Sequence record: SRR31156797_6607
Direction: 5' to 3' (one strand)
DNA length: 32,090 bases
This document shows, one piece after another, positions 9,898-20,184 of the stretch. Both the position numbers and the translations under genes were made by a program. The number at the start of each line of letters is the position of its first letter. The first letter of the stretch is position 1. The notes beneath the pieces are model-generated. The model was not told the DNA's origin and ran no database searches. It saw only the letters and a program-made list of their open reading frames with translations.

Positions 9898-9941
9898 ATT
9901 AAGAATATTCTCACTACAAATATAATGAGAATATTCTCATT
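9898..9941 (-). promoter_or_regulatory. Twin palindromic operator flanking a Bacteroidota -7 promoter element
   Basis: Perfect palindrome AATGAGAATATTCTCATT (9924-9941), a 15/18 copy ATTAAGAATATTCTCACT (9898-9915), and minus-strand TATATTTG (9917-9924) between them. Confidence 0.75.
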
Positions 9942-10074
9942 TAAAAATAACAATGCATTTTTTTTAAATTAACTAAATAGTCACCAGCTCAAAACAAACA
10001 ACATAACTACTTAATTTAATTGACTTTAAACCATATTATCACACATTTAAAGTCTATCAATTATTTTAAAAGAA

Positions 10075-12510
10075 TCAATCCATAGTTTCCTCTCCTCCAA
10101 AATCCAAACTTCTATTTCGTTTAGATTGGAATTGGTTGAACCTATAGGTAAGCGTAAAAGTTAAGATAGGCGTATAAAACTTTTGAAAGTAGACATCCTT
10201 AAAACCAAGCCCTTCATTAATATTTTCGCGGTTATTGGTAGAAAATACATCCCGAAGCTCAGCATATGCTGTTAATTTATTTCTGAAGAATTCTTTTTTA
10301 AGAGCAATATCAAGGGTATAAACAGGTTTGTAGTAACCTTGTGTAGTAATTCTTTTACTATAATAGCGCCAATTAGCTTGAAGTTGGGTTTGTTTCTTAA
10401 TTTTTAATGTTTGATTTACTCTGTAATTCCAGGTGAAATTTTCCTGATTATACTCTATTTCATCCCAGTTCCCCACCACCTTGTAGTGATAAAAATCACC
10501 GGATAAATCAATTCTCCACCAATTTATCAATCCCAAACTATAACTTGCTTCCAACCCTAATGCATAATCTTCACCTACATTTTCAGGAGACCGTTGAATT
10601 TTATCTTCCTTATAAACCCTTCTTACCCATTCAACCTTATCATGCGTATGGCGATAATATGCTTCCAGCGAAAGATGCGTTTTTTCCATCTTTTTATGAT
10701 AATTCAATTCATATGAATCAATAAATTCAGGCTCCAAGTTCTGGTTTCCTATTCGAACATTATAGGCATCTATCCTCGTATAAAATGGTTCAAAATAATA
10801 GCTACTTCCACGTTCAACTCTTCTTGAATAACTTGTCATGACTTCCTGATTATTGGGCAATTCATAAGAAAAATGAACTGAAGGAAAAAAGTCTGTTCTA
10901 GGCAAATCAACATTTAATGTCTTTGTTTCAGTTGGTGATCTATCAATCAATTCTCGTTTGGAATATTCTGATCTTAATCCTACTTGGTATCCTAAATTAC
11001 CAAGATAACTACCTACGATAGCATATATTGCATGAACATTATATGCGTATTTAATCCTGTTCTCAGACAAAGGATCATCCCAATTTATACCTAAAGCCTC
11101 ATCTTCTTCCCAATACTCAGATTCATCTTTACTTTTAAATAATCTTAGTTCATAACCTAGCTGAACATTACCATCTGAACCCACAGGTTTTGTATAATCT
11201 ATTTTTCCCTGCCATTTACGTGACGGTTCCTTTTCTTTTTGAAGATTTCTGTTGATTAATAATCCTTCCTTATCTATTAAGTGGTTATAGTTTTCCTCAT
11301 CATCGTGAATTTTGTGGTATGATAATGTACTTATGATTTTATGCCCAAGCTCCCAAAAAACATGACTGTATGATGCATTTCCGGAAAAACCATAAGCATC
11401 CCGGTTTCTTTCCTCTTTACTGAGATAACCATAAACCTCATCCCTGTATTCACGATAAAGCAGATCAGAATTTCGCTTGTGCGACCTGTTTCCATAACTT
11501 AATTCCAAACCAAACTGATTCACACTATCCGGCCGAAACTCAAAACCAGAACGCCAGTTATATCTTTCAAAACGATAACGAATAGTTCCTGTATGATCAA
11601 TCGAAGGTAGATTCTGCACAGAACGTTCACCATATTTTTCACCTTCAAAATCGCCGTAATTATAATCTGCTGCTAATAAATAACTCAATTTATTACTTTG
11701 CCAGTTTAGCTGAACATCCCCACCTGCATTGTTCGTTCCTCCTTTTAGGTTTACCAATCCATTAAGTCCTAAGCCTTTTTTTGTTTTGGTAATTACATTA
11801 ATAATTCCCGATGTTCCTTCCGGATTATATTTTACAGATGGATTTGTGATGATTTCAATGCTTTCGATGGTTGTGGAAGGAATTTGCTGAAGCGCTTCTG
11901 AAGGTTCGAGTACTGAAGAAACACCATTGATTAAAACCGTAAAACTATTACTCCCTCTAAGTGCTACATTACCTTCTAAATCAAGTGTAACAGACGGTAC
12001 ATTTTCAAGAATATTAACTGCAGAACCAGAAATAGAGGTATAATGCTTACTTACTTCAATTACTTTTTTATCTAATTGATAACTTATTGGAGCTTTATCC
12101 ACTCTAACCTCAACTTCTGCAACCTGAGTAGAAGATTGCTCAAGGTAAATAATACCCAGATCAAGATTTTTCTGAGATGATGAAATTTTAATATCATGGA
12201 TATTTTTCTTCTGATAGCCAATGCAACTTATTTGCAAATAGTATTCTCCAATTGGAATATCCTTCAGCACAAACACCCCGTCCTCATTTGTAATAACGCC
12301 TCCTGAAAGTTGATTATCTCCCAAACGAAAAACTGCCACACTTACATATGCTAGTTCATAGGAACCCGCTGCATCAACTACCTTTCCGCTTATACTTCCT
12401 TGTAAATCACTTGACGGATACGCATAAATCCCTCCACAATGAAAAATCATTAAGAGTACGCAAATCAACAAACAATTAACAACTTTGCTCATTTGATGTG
12501 AATTGGGCAT
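10075..12510 (-). CDS. TonB-dependent receptor / outer-membrane beta-barrel with N-terminal CarboxypepD_reg-like domain
   Basis: Signal peptide, ISGKVVD domain, plug IESIEIITNPSVKYNPEGTSGIINV, GNQNLEPE, terminal LTYRF. Confidence 0.88.
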   Translation of the reverse strand: MPNSHQMSKVVNCLLICVLLMIFHCGGIYAYPSSDLQGSISGKVVDAAGSYELAYVSVAVFRLGDNQLSGGVITNEDGVFVLKDIPIGEYYLQISCIGYQKKNIHDIKISSSQKNLDLGIIYLEQSSTQVAEVEVRVDKAPISYQLDKKVIEVSKHYTSISGSAVNILENVPSVTLDLEGNVALRGSNSFTVLINGVSSVLEPSEALQQIPSTTIESIEIITNPSVKYNPEGTSGIINVITKTKKGLGLNGLVNLKGGTNNAGGDVQLNWQSNKLSYLLAADYNYGDFEGEKYGERSVQNLPSIDHTGTIRYRFERYNWRSGFEFRPDSVNQFGLELSYGNRSHKRNSDLLYREYRDEVYGYLSKEERNRDAYGFSGNASYSHVFWELGHKIISTLSYHKIHDDEENYNHLIDKEGLLINRNLQKEKEPSRKWQGKIDYTKPVGSDGNVQLGYELRLFKSKDESEYWEEDEALGINWDDPLSENRIKYAYNVHAIYAIVGSYLGNLGYQVGLRSEYSKRELIDRSPTETKTLNVDLPRTDFFPSVHFSYELPNNQEVMTSYSRRVERGSSYYFEPFYTRIDAYNVRIGNQNLEPEFIDSYELNYHKKMEKTHLSLEAYYRHTHDKVEWVRRVYKEDKIQRSPENVGEDYALGLEASYSLGLINWWRIDLSGDFYHYKVVGNWDEIEYNQENFTWNYRVNQTLKIKKQTQLQANWRYYSKRITTQGYYKPVYTLDIALKKEFFRNKLTAYAELRDVFSTNNRENINEGLGFKDVYFQKFYTPILTFTLTYRFNQFQSKRNRSLDFGGEETMD

Positions 12511-12675
12511 GTGTAAAAAGAAATACCTGATAAGGTAATAATTCCAATTACAAGTGATTTACACAAAAATTAATAGCTCCATTCAAATAAAAAATGCAGC
12601 TATAAACTAAAGACCCTCAAATGTAAAAAAAGCGATTTGAACTTTTAAACTTTTTAACAAAATATTTAATTAATA

Positions 12676-14691
12676 TTATTCTGCTATCAGCTTTTTCAGT
12701 CCTAAAATAGACCGGATAGGTAAGTTACATGAGTTATTTTTACACAAGTAAAAAGTTAGCTCCTCACTTCTTTTTCCGCTAGCTACCGGAATTTGATCAC
12801 ACTCTCCGGCAATAAAAACAAATGGATTATAACTACTCAGGAACTCATCTCTCGCTTTATCTTTACCCACACCGGATAAAACCAATTCGTAGCTTTGAAA
12901 AATAAAATACAGTTTTAAGCGCTGCCAATTGGCATAATACTTTCCGTGATCATCAATTCGTCCTGACAAATTCTTAAGCATCTGCAAAGAAGTATGATAA
13001 GCTTGCTTATTTAAAAAGTATTTGCTCAATCGATACAGATTCATGGCCATTACAGAGTTAGAGGCCGGAATAACATTATCCGACAATTCTGATTTACGAA
13101 TCATCAAAGGATCATCTAAAATCGAAGTATAATAGAATAATTGGTTATCCTCATTAAAGAAATGACAGCTTGCATATTCACATAACTCATGCGCATAATT
13201 CAACCAGTTTTCATCAAAAGTAACTTGATATAAATCGATCCAGGCATCAATTAATAAGGCATAATCATCTAAAAAGGCATTAATCCTGCCGTGTTCTCCT
13301 TTTAGGTTTCGCCATAGGCCACCATCATCCTTCATGGCCTTTTTCTTAAGAAACTCTGAGGTTTCAATGGCATTCTGAAGAAATTCTTTTTCCTCGGTAG
13401 CTCGATAAGCGTGAATCAGACCTTTAATAATGATGGCATTCCAGGAAGTCAGAATTTTATCATCAAGCGCTGGTCTGACTCTTTTGTTACGTACCTGCAT
13501 TAGTTTTTTCGTACATCGGGAAATGACTTCATCTAGTTGCTCTGAACCTAAACCATATTCCTCAGCTATTTCTTCACCACTTCTGGTTTGGAATAAAATA
13601 TTTTTTCCATTCTCCCAATTACCATCCTTTGTGATATTGTAATAACTGGCAAAAACATTCAAATCATTTTCAAGAACAGATGATAGTTCATCATAAGTCC
13701 AGACATAAAATTTGCCTTCCTCTCCCTCACTATCCGCATCTAACGAAGAATAGTAACCACCTTCCGGTGATCTTAATTCACGGTTTACAAATGCAACTGT
13801 TTCCTCAACTACTTTTCGGTATAAAGGGTTTTGCGTTTCCTGATAAGCATTAGCATAAACTTCGAGCAATTGTCCTTGATCATACAGCATTTTTTCGAAG
13901 TGTGGTACTTTCCAGTACTCATCAACGGAATATCTGGCAAAACCTCCGCCAACCTGGTCATAAATACCTCCTCTAGCCATTCTGGTAAGAGATACATTTA
14001 TATAATCGGCTATATCTTTGTCTGCTTTTTTTTGCAGATAAGTCAAAAGAAAATTAAACTCCACCGGCATTGGAAACTTAGGAGCTCCTTTATTTCCTCC
14101 CCATTCAAAGTCAAGGTTGGCTTTCCAGTTACTGATATTCTGCTTCATCCGATCGGCTGTAAACAAAACCGAATCCTGAACCAAACCAACAAAGTCCATT
14201 CTTTCCACACCTTGCTTTATTTGGTCTGCTAAATCATTTAAGCGGTCTGGACTATCCTGAAACAAATGATAAACCTCATTGAGCAAATTCAACCATTGTC
14301 TCTTCTGAAAGTAAGTTCCGGCAAATACAGGTTTTCCATCCGGTAAGGCAATAATGTTTAAAGGCCACCCACCTCTACCTGTTGTTAAATGAGCCACATC
14401 CATAAATAACTGATCCAAATCAGGACGCTCTTCTCTGTCAATTTTTATGGACACAAAATGCCTATTCATCATTTCAGCTACTTCATCATTGCTAAAACTT
14501 TCGTGCTCCATTACATGACACCAATGACAAGCAGCATAGCCAATAGAAATAACCAACAATTTATTTTCGTCCTCTGCTTTTTGCAAAGCCTCTTTACTCC
14601 ATGGATACCAATGAACCGGATTATGGGCATGCATAAGTAAATAAGGACTGGTTTCCTTTAAAAGTGAATTTGTATATGTGGGTGTTTGCAT
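12676..14691 (-). CDS. Thioredoxin-domain protein, YyaL/DUF255 (SPATA20-like)
   Basis: SPYLLMHAHNPVHW, CHWCHVMEHESF, GGWPL, VPHFEKMLYDQ, DDKILTSWN. Confidence 0.92.
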   Translation of the reverse strand: MQTPTYTNSLLKETSPYLLMHAHNPVHWYPWSKEALQKAEDENKLLVISIGYAACHWCHVMEHESFSNDEVAEMMNRHFVSIKIDREERPDLDQLFMDVAHLTTGRGGWPLNIIALPDGKPVFAGTYFQKRQWLNLLNEVYHLFQDSPDRLNDLADQIKQGVERMDFVGLVQDSVLFTADRMKQNISNWKANLDFEWGGNKGAPKFPMPVEFNFLLTYLQKKADKDIADYINVSLTRMARGGIYDQVGGGFARYSVDEYWKVPHFEKMLYDQGQLLEVYANAYQETQNPLYRKVVEETVAFVNRELRSPEGGYYSSLDADSEGEEGKFYVWTYDELSSVLENDLNVFASYYNITKDGNWENGKNILFQTRSGEEIAEEYGLGSEQLDEVISRCTKKLMQVRNKRVRPALDDKILTSWNAIIIKGLIHAYRATEEKEFLQNAIETSEFLKKKAMKDDGGLWRNLKGEHGRINAFLDDYALLIDAWIDLYQVTFDENWLNYAHELCEYASCHFFNEDNQLFYYTSILDDPLMIRKSELSDNVIPASNSVMAMNLYRLSKYFLNKQAYHTSLQMLKNLSGRIDDHGKYYANWQRLKLYFIFQSYELVLSGVGKDKARDEFLSSYNPFVFIAGECDQIPVASGKRSEELTFYLCKNNSCNLPIRSILGLKKLIAE

Positions 14692-14884
14692 ATTCTTTCA
14701 GTGTTATCATAATCAATAACACACTAATCCTCGCAAAGGTTTAAACTATTTTATTCTGAATTTCTCCTTCCTCCTATTTTTAAACATATATGTTTGCTAA
14801 CTTTACCTCATTAAAACTTTTACACAGGTCTTAATCTTCATGCACTTTTTAACACACAATTCATTTAAATTATAATTTCAAATA

Positions 14885-15097
14885 ATGGATAAAAAAATCC
14901 TGTTGGAACTTGTTAAAACCCGTATGCCTTATGGCAAATACAAGGGTACGATTATTTGCGATTTACCAGAGTTTTATTTGGCCTGGTATCATCAAAAAGG
15001 ATTTCCGGACGGAAAAATTGGAATGTTATTAAATACCCTATACGAAATCAAACTTAACGGCTTAGAATTTTTACTTCGCGAATTAAAAAAGATGTAA
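14885..15097 (+). CDS. DUF3820 family protein
   Basis: MPYGKYKG...DLPEFYLAWY...GFP...LYEIKLNGLE. Confidence 0.85.
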   Translation: MDKKILLELVKTRMPYGKYKGTIICDLPEFYLAWYHQKGFPDGKIGMLLNTLYEIKLNGLEFLLRELKKM

Positions 15098-15219
15098 ATA
15101 CAGGTTATTTTATGGGCTTATCAATCAAGTTTTAGCACTAATCTATCTTAGCAGTGTTAAAAAACATGAAATATGTCATTATTTTTGTAACCCTCCAATA
15201 AAGAATACTTATCATTTAT

Positions 15220-15227
15220 TACATTTG
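15220..15227 (+). promoter_or_regulatory. Putative Bacteroidota sigma-70 -7 element for serB
   Basis: TACATTTG matches TAnnTTTG, 22 nt upstream of the ATG. Confidence 0.55.
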
Positions 15228-15249
15228 CTATTGAATATATCATTTTAAT

Positions 15250-16473
15250 ATGGCTAACAACAGAGAAATTATTCTTGTAAATATTTCCGGTGACGACAAA
15301 CCGGGACTAACATCCTCACTTACTGAAATTTTATCCCATTACAACGTTCAAATCTTAGATATTGGTCAGGCTGTTATTCATGATGACTTAGGGCTTGGAA
15401 TTTTGTTTGAAGTACCTCAGGCATACGAATCTGCACCTATTTTAAAAGATCTGCTATTTAAATCCTACGAGATTGGTGTAAAAATTAAATTTACTCCTAT
15501 TTCTGAAGCAAGATATGGAGAGTGGGTATCGCATCAGGGAAAAGAACGATATATTATTACTTTATTAGCACGAAGAATTACTGCAGAACACCTTGCAAAG
15601 GTAACCCGTGTTATTTCTTCTCAGCAATTAAACATTGATTCTATTTCCCGTTTATCAGGAAGAATTGATTTAAACTTAGAACCTACCGAAAATAAATCTG
15701 TAGTTGAGTTTTCGGTGAGAGGAACACCTATTGACGCAGAAATCATGAAAAGTGATTTTATGGAACTTTCCAGCAAAATTGGTGTTGACATCGCTTTTCA
15801 GGAAGATAACATTTTCAGAAGAAACCGTCGTTTAGTTTGTTTTGATATGGACTCTACTCTAATTCAAACAGAAGTAATTGATGAATTAGCAGAGAGAGCC
15901 GGCGTTGGGGATAAAGTGAAAAAAATAACTGAAGCTGCCATGCGTGGCGAAATTGATTTCAACGAAAGCTTTATCAAAAGGGTGTCCTTATTAAAGGGAC
16001 TCAACGAAAATGTGATGAAAGAAATTGCTGAAAACCTTCCTATTACAGAAGGTGCAGAACGTTTAATGAGAACATTAAATAAGTATGGTTATAAAACAGC
16101 AATCCTTTCTGGTGGATTCAATTATTTTGGAAACCACTTAAAAGCTAAGTTAGGTGTAGATTACGTTTTCTCGAACGAATTAGAAATTAAAAAAGGAAAA
16201 TTAACCGGAAAGCATTTAGGTGATATTGTTGATGGTAAACGCAAAGCTGAACTTTTAAAGTTATTAGCCTTCAAAGAAGATATTCATCTGGATCAGGTAA
16301 TTGCTGTTGGTGATGGTTCTAATGATTTACCAATGTTGCAGTTGGCTGGACTAGGTATTGCTTTTCATGCTAAACCAAAAGTAAAAGCAGGTGCTGATAG
16401 TTCTATTTCTACTATTGGTTTGGATGCTATATTATATATGCTTGGTTTTAGAGACAGAGAAATTAATAAATAG
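15250..16473 (+). CDS. serB: Phosphoserine phosphatase with two ACT domains
   Basis: HAD motifs FDMDSTL, LSGGF and GDGSNDLPM; N-terminal ACT domain (GDDKPGLT). Confidence 0.95.
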   Translation: MANNREIILVNISGDDKPGLTSSLTEILSHYNVQILDIGQAVIHDDLGLGILFEVPQAYESAPILKDLLFKSYEIGVKIKFTPISEARYGEWVSHQGKERYIITLLARRITAEHLAKVTRVISSQQLNIDSISRLSGRIDLNLEPTENKSVVEFSVRGTPIDAEIMKSDFMELSSKIGVDIAFQEDNIFRRNRRLVCFDMDSTLIQTEVIDELAERAGVGDKVKKITEAAMRGEIDFNESFIKRVSLLKGLNENVMKEIAENLPITEGAERLMRTLNKYGYKTAILSGGFNYFGNHLKAKLGVDYVFSNELEIKKGKLTGKHLGDIVDGKRKAELLKLLAFKEDIHLDQVIAVGDGSNDLPMLQLAGLGIAFHAKPKVKAGADSSISTIGLDAILYMLGFRDREINK

Positions 16474-16493
16474 TATTCTACTATATAAAATAC

Positions 16494-16527
16494 AAAAGCC
16501 ACACCTCGATTGAAGTGTGGCTTTTTT
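16494..16527. terminator. Bidirectional Rho-independent terminator
   Basis: AAAAGCCACAC-loop-GTGTGGCTTTTTT between convergent genes. Confidence 0.85.
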
Positions 16528-16550
16528 AATATCTTTTTAGCAAACTAAAT

Positions 16551-16592
16551 TCTGATTACTGTTCACTGATTACTGACAACTGCTTACCGTTA
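16551..16592. repeat. Degenerate 7-bp tandem array (ACTGnnn x6)
   Basis: tctgatt actgttc actgatt actgaca actgctt accgtta, adjacent to the stop at 16594. Confidence 0.85.
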
Positions 16593-16593
16593 T

Positions 16594-17745
16594 CTATCTA
16601 AACTTAATGATCTTCTTCATGGTACCATCATAGATATTGAATTTATGGAAACCACATTCCAAAGCTCCATTGTACAATTTTAATTTCTCCAGCGGCTTTA
16701 AACCTACGTTTTTAAGTGCCTCTTTATTGGAAGTAATCACCCAGGCATCATAACCAATAAAAGTTTGCTTTAACTGATTTCCAATCATACGGTAAAAGTC
16801 AACCATATCTTTATCCTTCATCAATCTCTCTCCATAAGGTGGATTCATAATAATCATCCCTTTAGGATAATCAGGCTCTAACTTTTCGAACGATGAAACG
16901 GAAAAACGAATATCACGATTAAATCGGAATTGTAAAGCAGATTCGCGGGCTACATCAATAGCTTTAATATTAGCATCACTACCAAAAATCTTCAATCGAG
17001 GATGTTCTATTTTATCTTTTGCTTCTTCCACCACCTTGTTCCACAAAGCCTCATCGTAATCTTTCCAGCCCATAAAACCAAAAGCTTTCTTGTGTAATCC
17101 CGGAGGATAATTTTTGGCTAACATAACCGCCTCCATCAAAATTGTACCCGAACCACACATAGGGTCAATCAAAGGCTGCTTTTTATCCCACCCCGAAAGC
17201 AATACCATTCCTGCTGCTAACACCTCGTTTAAAGGCGCCTTGTGATGTCCGGTTCTGTACCCTCTTTTATGTAAAGAATCTCCTGAACTATCCAATGAAA
17301 TAGTAAACTTATCCTTACTCACATGAATCACCAAACGAACACTTGGATTTTCAACATCTACCGATGGACGTTTCCCTGTTTTTTCACGAAACTGATCAAC
17401 AATAGCATCTTTTGCTTTTAAAGCTACAAACTGAGAATGCGTAAAAATATCAGAAAACACAACCGGATCGATGGCTAAGGTTTGTTCTATCCCCATCAAT
17501 TGAGACCAGTCAAATTCCTGAACTCTACTATAAAGTTCCTTATCTGTTTTTGCTGTAAAATGATGAAATGGATGAAGAACTCTGATTGCAGTACGAAGGT
17601 TTAAGTTGGCTTTATACATGATTTCCTTATCTCCCTCAAACTCTACCGCCCGGTTTACCTCCTTGATATTTTGAGCGCCAATACCTTTTAATTCTTCCGC
17701 CAGAACCCCTTCCAGTCCATGAAATGTTTTTGCAATCAGTTTCAA
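16594..17745 (-). CDS. THUMP-domain class I SAM-dependent rRNA methyltransferase (RlmL-like)
   Basis: SLHKRGYR, APLNEVLAA, DPMCGSGT, NPPYGER; TTG start. Confidence 0.9.
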   Translation of the reverse strand: MKLIAKTFHGLEGVLAEELKGIGAQNIKEVNRAVEFEGDKEIMYKANLNLRTAIRVLHPFHHFTAKTDKELYSRVQEFDWSQLMGIEQTLAIDPVVFSDIFTHSQFVALKAKDAIVDQFREKTGKRPSVDVENPSVRLVIHVSKDKFTISLDSSGDSLHKRGYRTGHHKAPLNEVLAAGMVLLSGWDKKQPLIDPMCGSGTILMEAVMLAKNYPPGLHKKAFGFMGWKDYDEALWNKVVEEAKDKIEHPRLKIFGSDANIKAIDVARESALQFRFNRDIRFSVSSFEKLEPDYPKGMIIMNPPYGERLMKDKDMVDFYRMIGNQLKQTFIGYDAWVITSNKEALKNVGLKPLEKLKLYNGALECGFHKFNIYDGTMKKIIKFR

Positions 17746-17844
17746 TGTAGTATGTATTAATGTGTTTATACAGCCCTAATCGTTACAAGGCTAAAATCGT
17801 TGCGAAGTTAAAAAAATACTCCCTGATATACATCTTAAAAAAAT

Positions 17845-17876
17845 AAAAAAGTGACCTCCCTGAGAAAGTCACTTTT
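17845..17876 (-). terminator. Rho-independent terminator
   Basis: AAAAGTGAC/GTCACTTTT stem with an A-run on the + strand (U-run on the minus transcript). Confidence 0.75.
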
Positions 17877-17908
17877 CCGTCGTTTTACTTAAATCTAACT
17901 ATTTGATA

Positions 17909-17964
17909 CCTGACAACTGTTTACTGCTAACTGGTATCTGAAAACAGTTAACTGATTACTGTTT
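17909..17964. repeat. Degenerate 7-bp tandem array (ACTGnnn x8)
   Basis: cctgaca actgttt actgcta actggta tctgaaa acagtta actgatt actgttt; the last unit overlaps the stop codon at 17963. Confidence 0.85.
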
Positions 17965-19267
17965 ATTCTCTTTTATCTAATCGCTTTTTAATTTTCTTAA
18001 TCACTGACTCAATAGAAGATTCCGGTTCTATCACATTGTAATCACCCCAAAACTGAGGATCTGTAAATCCTTCCACCTGATCTTGTAAAATAATATTCGG
18101 TTTAATTCGTTCTTTTACTCTAAATGGTTTTTCAGAAGCTTTTCGCCAATCCGTCATAGCCATTTCAATCGTTGAGGTATAGCTGGTGTTAAACAATTTC
18201 TTTTTCCAGTTAATTTTAAAAGTGACCTGTCCTCTGGAATAACCATAAAACCATTTTCCGTTTTGCTTGCGATAATTTACCAGATAACTAGCCTCAGTCG
18301 GATAAACATTGGCTCCCATTGGTTTTCTTTTAATAAACATGGCTGCAGCCTGATTTTTATCTTCAATATTAATGCTATAATTAGCCGATGTTACTGCCAT
18401 ACTTTCTGCATCGATGTATAGCTTACCATAGAACAGTGGTTCACTCACAAAGGGCTTTTGCTTGAAATTAATAACAAAAATAATTTGTTCATCCACCTTG
18501 GTTATGTTATCCAAAGAAAAATCGTAATAATCCAAATCCTGTACGGTTAAAATGGCATAAGGATCTTTCATAATATCTAACATTAAAGTTGAATACGGAC
18601 CGCCTTGTAATTTAAAAGTAACAGTATCCATTTTACTGTAATCCGCATCCTTACGAGCTTTATACAATTTCATTCCATCCGGCTTAAAATTAGAATAACC
18701 CTGCTTATGAACATCAATAACAGCTTCAGCCAATGACACGTATGTTCGTCTACGTTTTATTGTTTCTCTGTAAAAAGCCGTCATCCTTAGAGGTTCCTGC
18801 ACATAATTCTCTGGTTTGCGATGAATAACCTCGCGCATAATCTGATGTGCATCTTTAGGTGCCACATTTACTTCGGAAAGAGAAATAGTCAATAAATCCA
18901 GCTCTATTCTATTTTTTTCTCGCTTAAGCGACGATAAACTAATGGTTTTATTTTTATAGCCTAAATAAGAAATCGAAATTTTGGTATTCATTGGGAGATC
19001 TTTGGGAACTTTTAATAAAAAAAATCCCTCCGAATTAGATACGGTTGCAATATTGGTGTTTTCAATGGTAAGCGTTGCAAATACCAACGGATTATTTGAT
19101 TCACTATCTACAATTTTTCCTCGATACTGAACGGTATTCAATGTATCGGGAAGTACCTTTTCTTCTTCGCTAAGCATTCCATAAACAGAAGTTGGAATTA
19201 CTCCGACCATGATAATCATGAATATGAGCATCATGCTTGTTTTAATATTATGCAATGTATTTTTCAT
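17963..19267 (-). CDS. Secreted CarboxypepD_reg-like domain protein
   Basis: Signal peptide, GKIVDSESNNPLVFAT...SYLGY domain, AFYRE, GKLYID, FWGDYNVIEP. Confidence 0.8.
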   Translation of the reverse strand: MKNTLHNIKTSMMLIFMIIMVGVIPTSVYGMLSEEEKVLPDTLNTVQYRGKIVDSESNNPLVFATLTIENTNIATVSNSEGFFLLKVPKDLPMNTKISISYLGYKNKTISLSSLKREKNRIELDLLTISLSEVNVAPKDAHQIMREVIHRKPENYVQEPLRMTAFYRETIKRRRTYVSLAEAVIDVHKQGYSNFKPDGMKLYKARKDADYSKMDTVTFKLQGGPYSTLMLDIMKDPYAILTVQDLDYYDFSLDNITKVDEQIIFVINFKQKPFVSEPLFYGKLYIDAESMAVTSANYSINIEDKNQAAAMFIKRKPMGANVYPTEASYLVNYRKQNGKWFYGYSRGQVTFKINWKKKLFNTSYTSTIEMAMTDWRKASEKPFRVKERIKPNIILQDQVEGFTDPQFWGDYNVIEPESSIESVIKKIKKRLDKRE

Positions 19268-19375
19268 GACGATAAGTTTTAATTGAACATCCTGCTTTCA
19301 TTTATAAGACAAGCTGAATAAACTTTTACCCCTATCCTATTTTAAGATTTTTGATTGATGGATTGATGATTTTAC

Positions 19376-19479
19376 TTAGATCATTAGGTCTATTGTTCGT
19401 TAGATTATTAGTATTATTGTTAGACTGACAACTGTCTACTTCTAACTGATTACTGAAGGCTGCTAACTGTTAATTGAAA
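19376..19479 (-). repeat. Composite repeat element (7-mer array, 20-bp core, 8-mer array), inverted copy
   Basis: 8 x ACTGnnn at 19424-19479; core TTATTAGTATTATTGTTAGA at 19405-19424 (18/20 to the reverse complement of TCTAAGAATAATACTAATGA); TTAGnTCA-type 8-mers to the left. Confidence 0.8.
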
Positions 19480-19654
19480 TTCTGGTCTGGATATTGAACT
19501 ACATATACATGTCGGAACGGTATTTAAAACAAACTCTACTGATTAACCGACACTTAGCATATTAGTAGGCAGAAAATCATCCTACATTTTTGTAGAAAAT
19601 AGATTATCAACCTACATATAAGTGACAGATGTGTAACCTAAAAAATATATTCAA

Positions 19655-20053
19655 ATGAAAGCATGTTTACCAATTATGGGCGATTCAGCACTTACAAAAG
19701 AGCTAATGGCCAACGACTTTTACAAAGCGCAACACTATTGTATTTTCGACTTAGATACAGAAGAGTACAGTTTATATTCGCTAACTGATTCTGATTCTAT
19801 TTATATGTCGATGAGTGAAATTAAAAAGCTGGATATTCAGATAATCATCACCCCAAATCTGAGACCAATGGCTGCCAAAATATTATTTGAAAACGAAATA
19901 GAAGTATATCAGGCTGTAGGATCTGTAGTAAGCGAAAACATAGACCATTACAAAAGAGGTTTGCTGCGCGACTTTACGGCTGCCATGATTGAAAGTAAAA
20001 AAGATTGTTCTCCCGATGCTTGTTCTTCCTGCTCTTCGGGTAGTTGCAGTTAG
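19655..20053 (+). CDS. NifB/NifX-family protein with Cys/Ser-rich tail
   Basis: KACLPI...DFYKAQHYCIFD, IIITPNLRPMAAKIL...IEVY fold pattern; tail CSPDACSSCSSGSCS. Confidence 0.7.
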   Translation: MKACLPIMGDSALTKELMANDFYKAQHYCIFDLDTEEYSLYSLTDSDSIYMSMSEIKKLDIQIIITPNLRPMAAKILFENEIEVYQAVGSVVSENIDHYKRGLLRDFTAAMIESKKDCSPDACSSCSSGSCS

Positions 20054-20184
20054 CAGTCTTCAGTGAACAGTTAGCAGTGAGCAGTAGGCAGTCTTCAGTA
20101 GGCAGTACACAGTCTTTAGTTTGCAAGGAGCAGTAGGCAATATAGACTGAGAACTGTAGACTGAAGACTAAATACTGAGGACTC
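20044..20184. repeat. Palindromic 7-mer array: (nnnCAGT)x14 - ATAG - (ACTGnnn)x5
   Basis: Fills the whole gap between the convergent stop codons at 20053 and 20185. Confidence 0.9.

Noticed and set aside
526-14640. Short shadow ORFs (526, 1420, 5598, 6350, 9552, 13430, 13809, 13831, 14458)
   Set aside because: They lie antisense or out of frame within well-supported genes and have no recognisable motifs.
20044-20184. CRISPR array
   Set aside because: Units are 7-bp tandem repeats without unique 25-45 bp spacers, and no cas genes are present.
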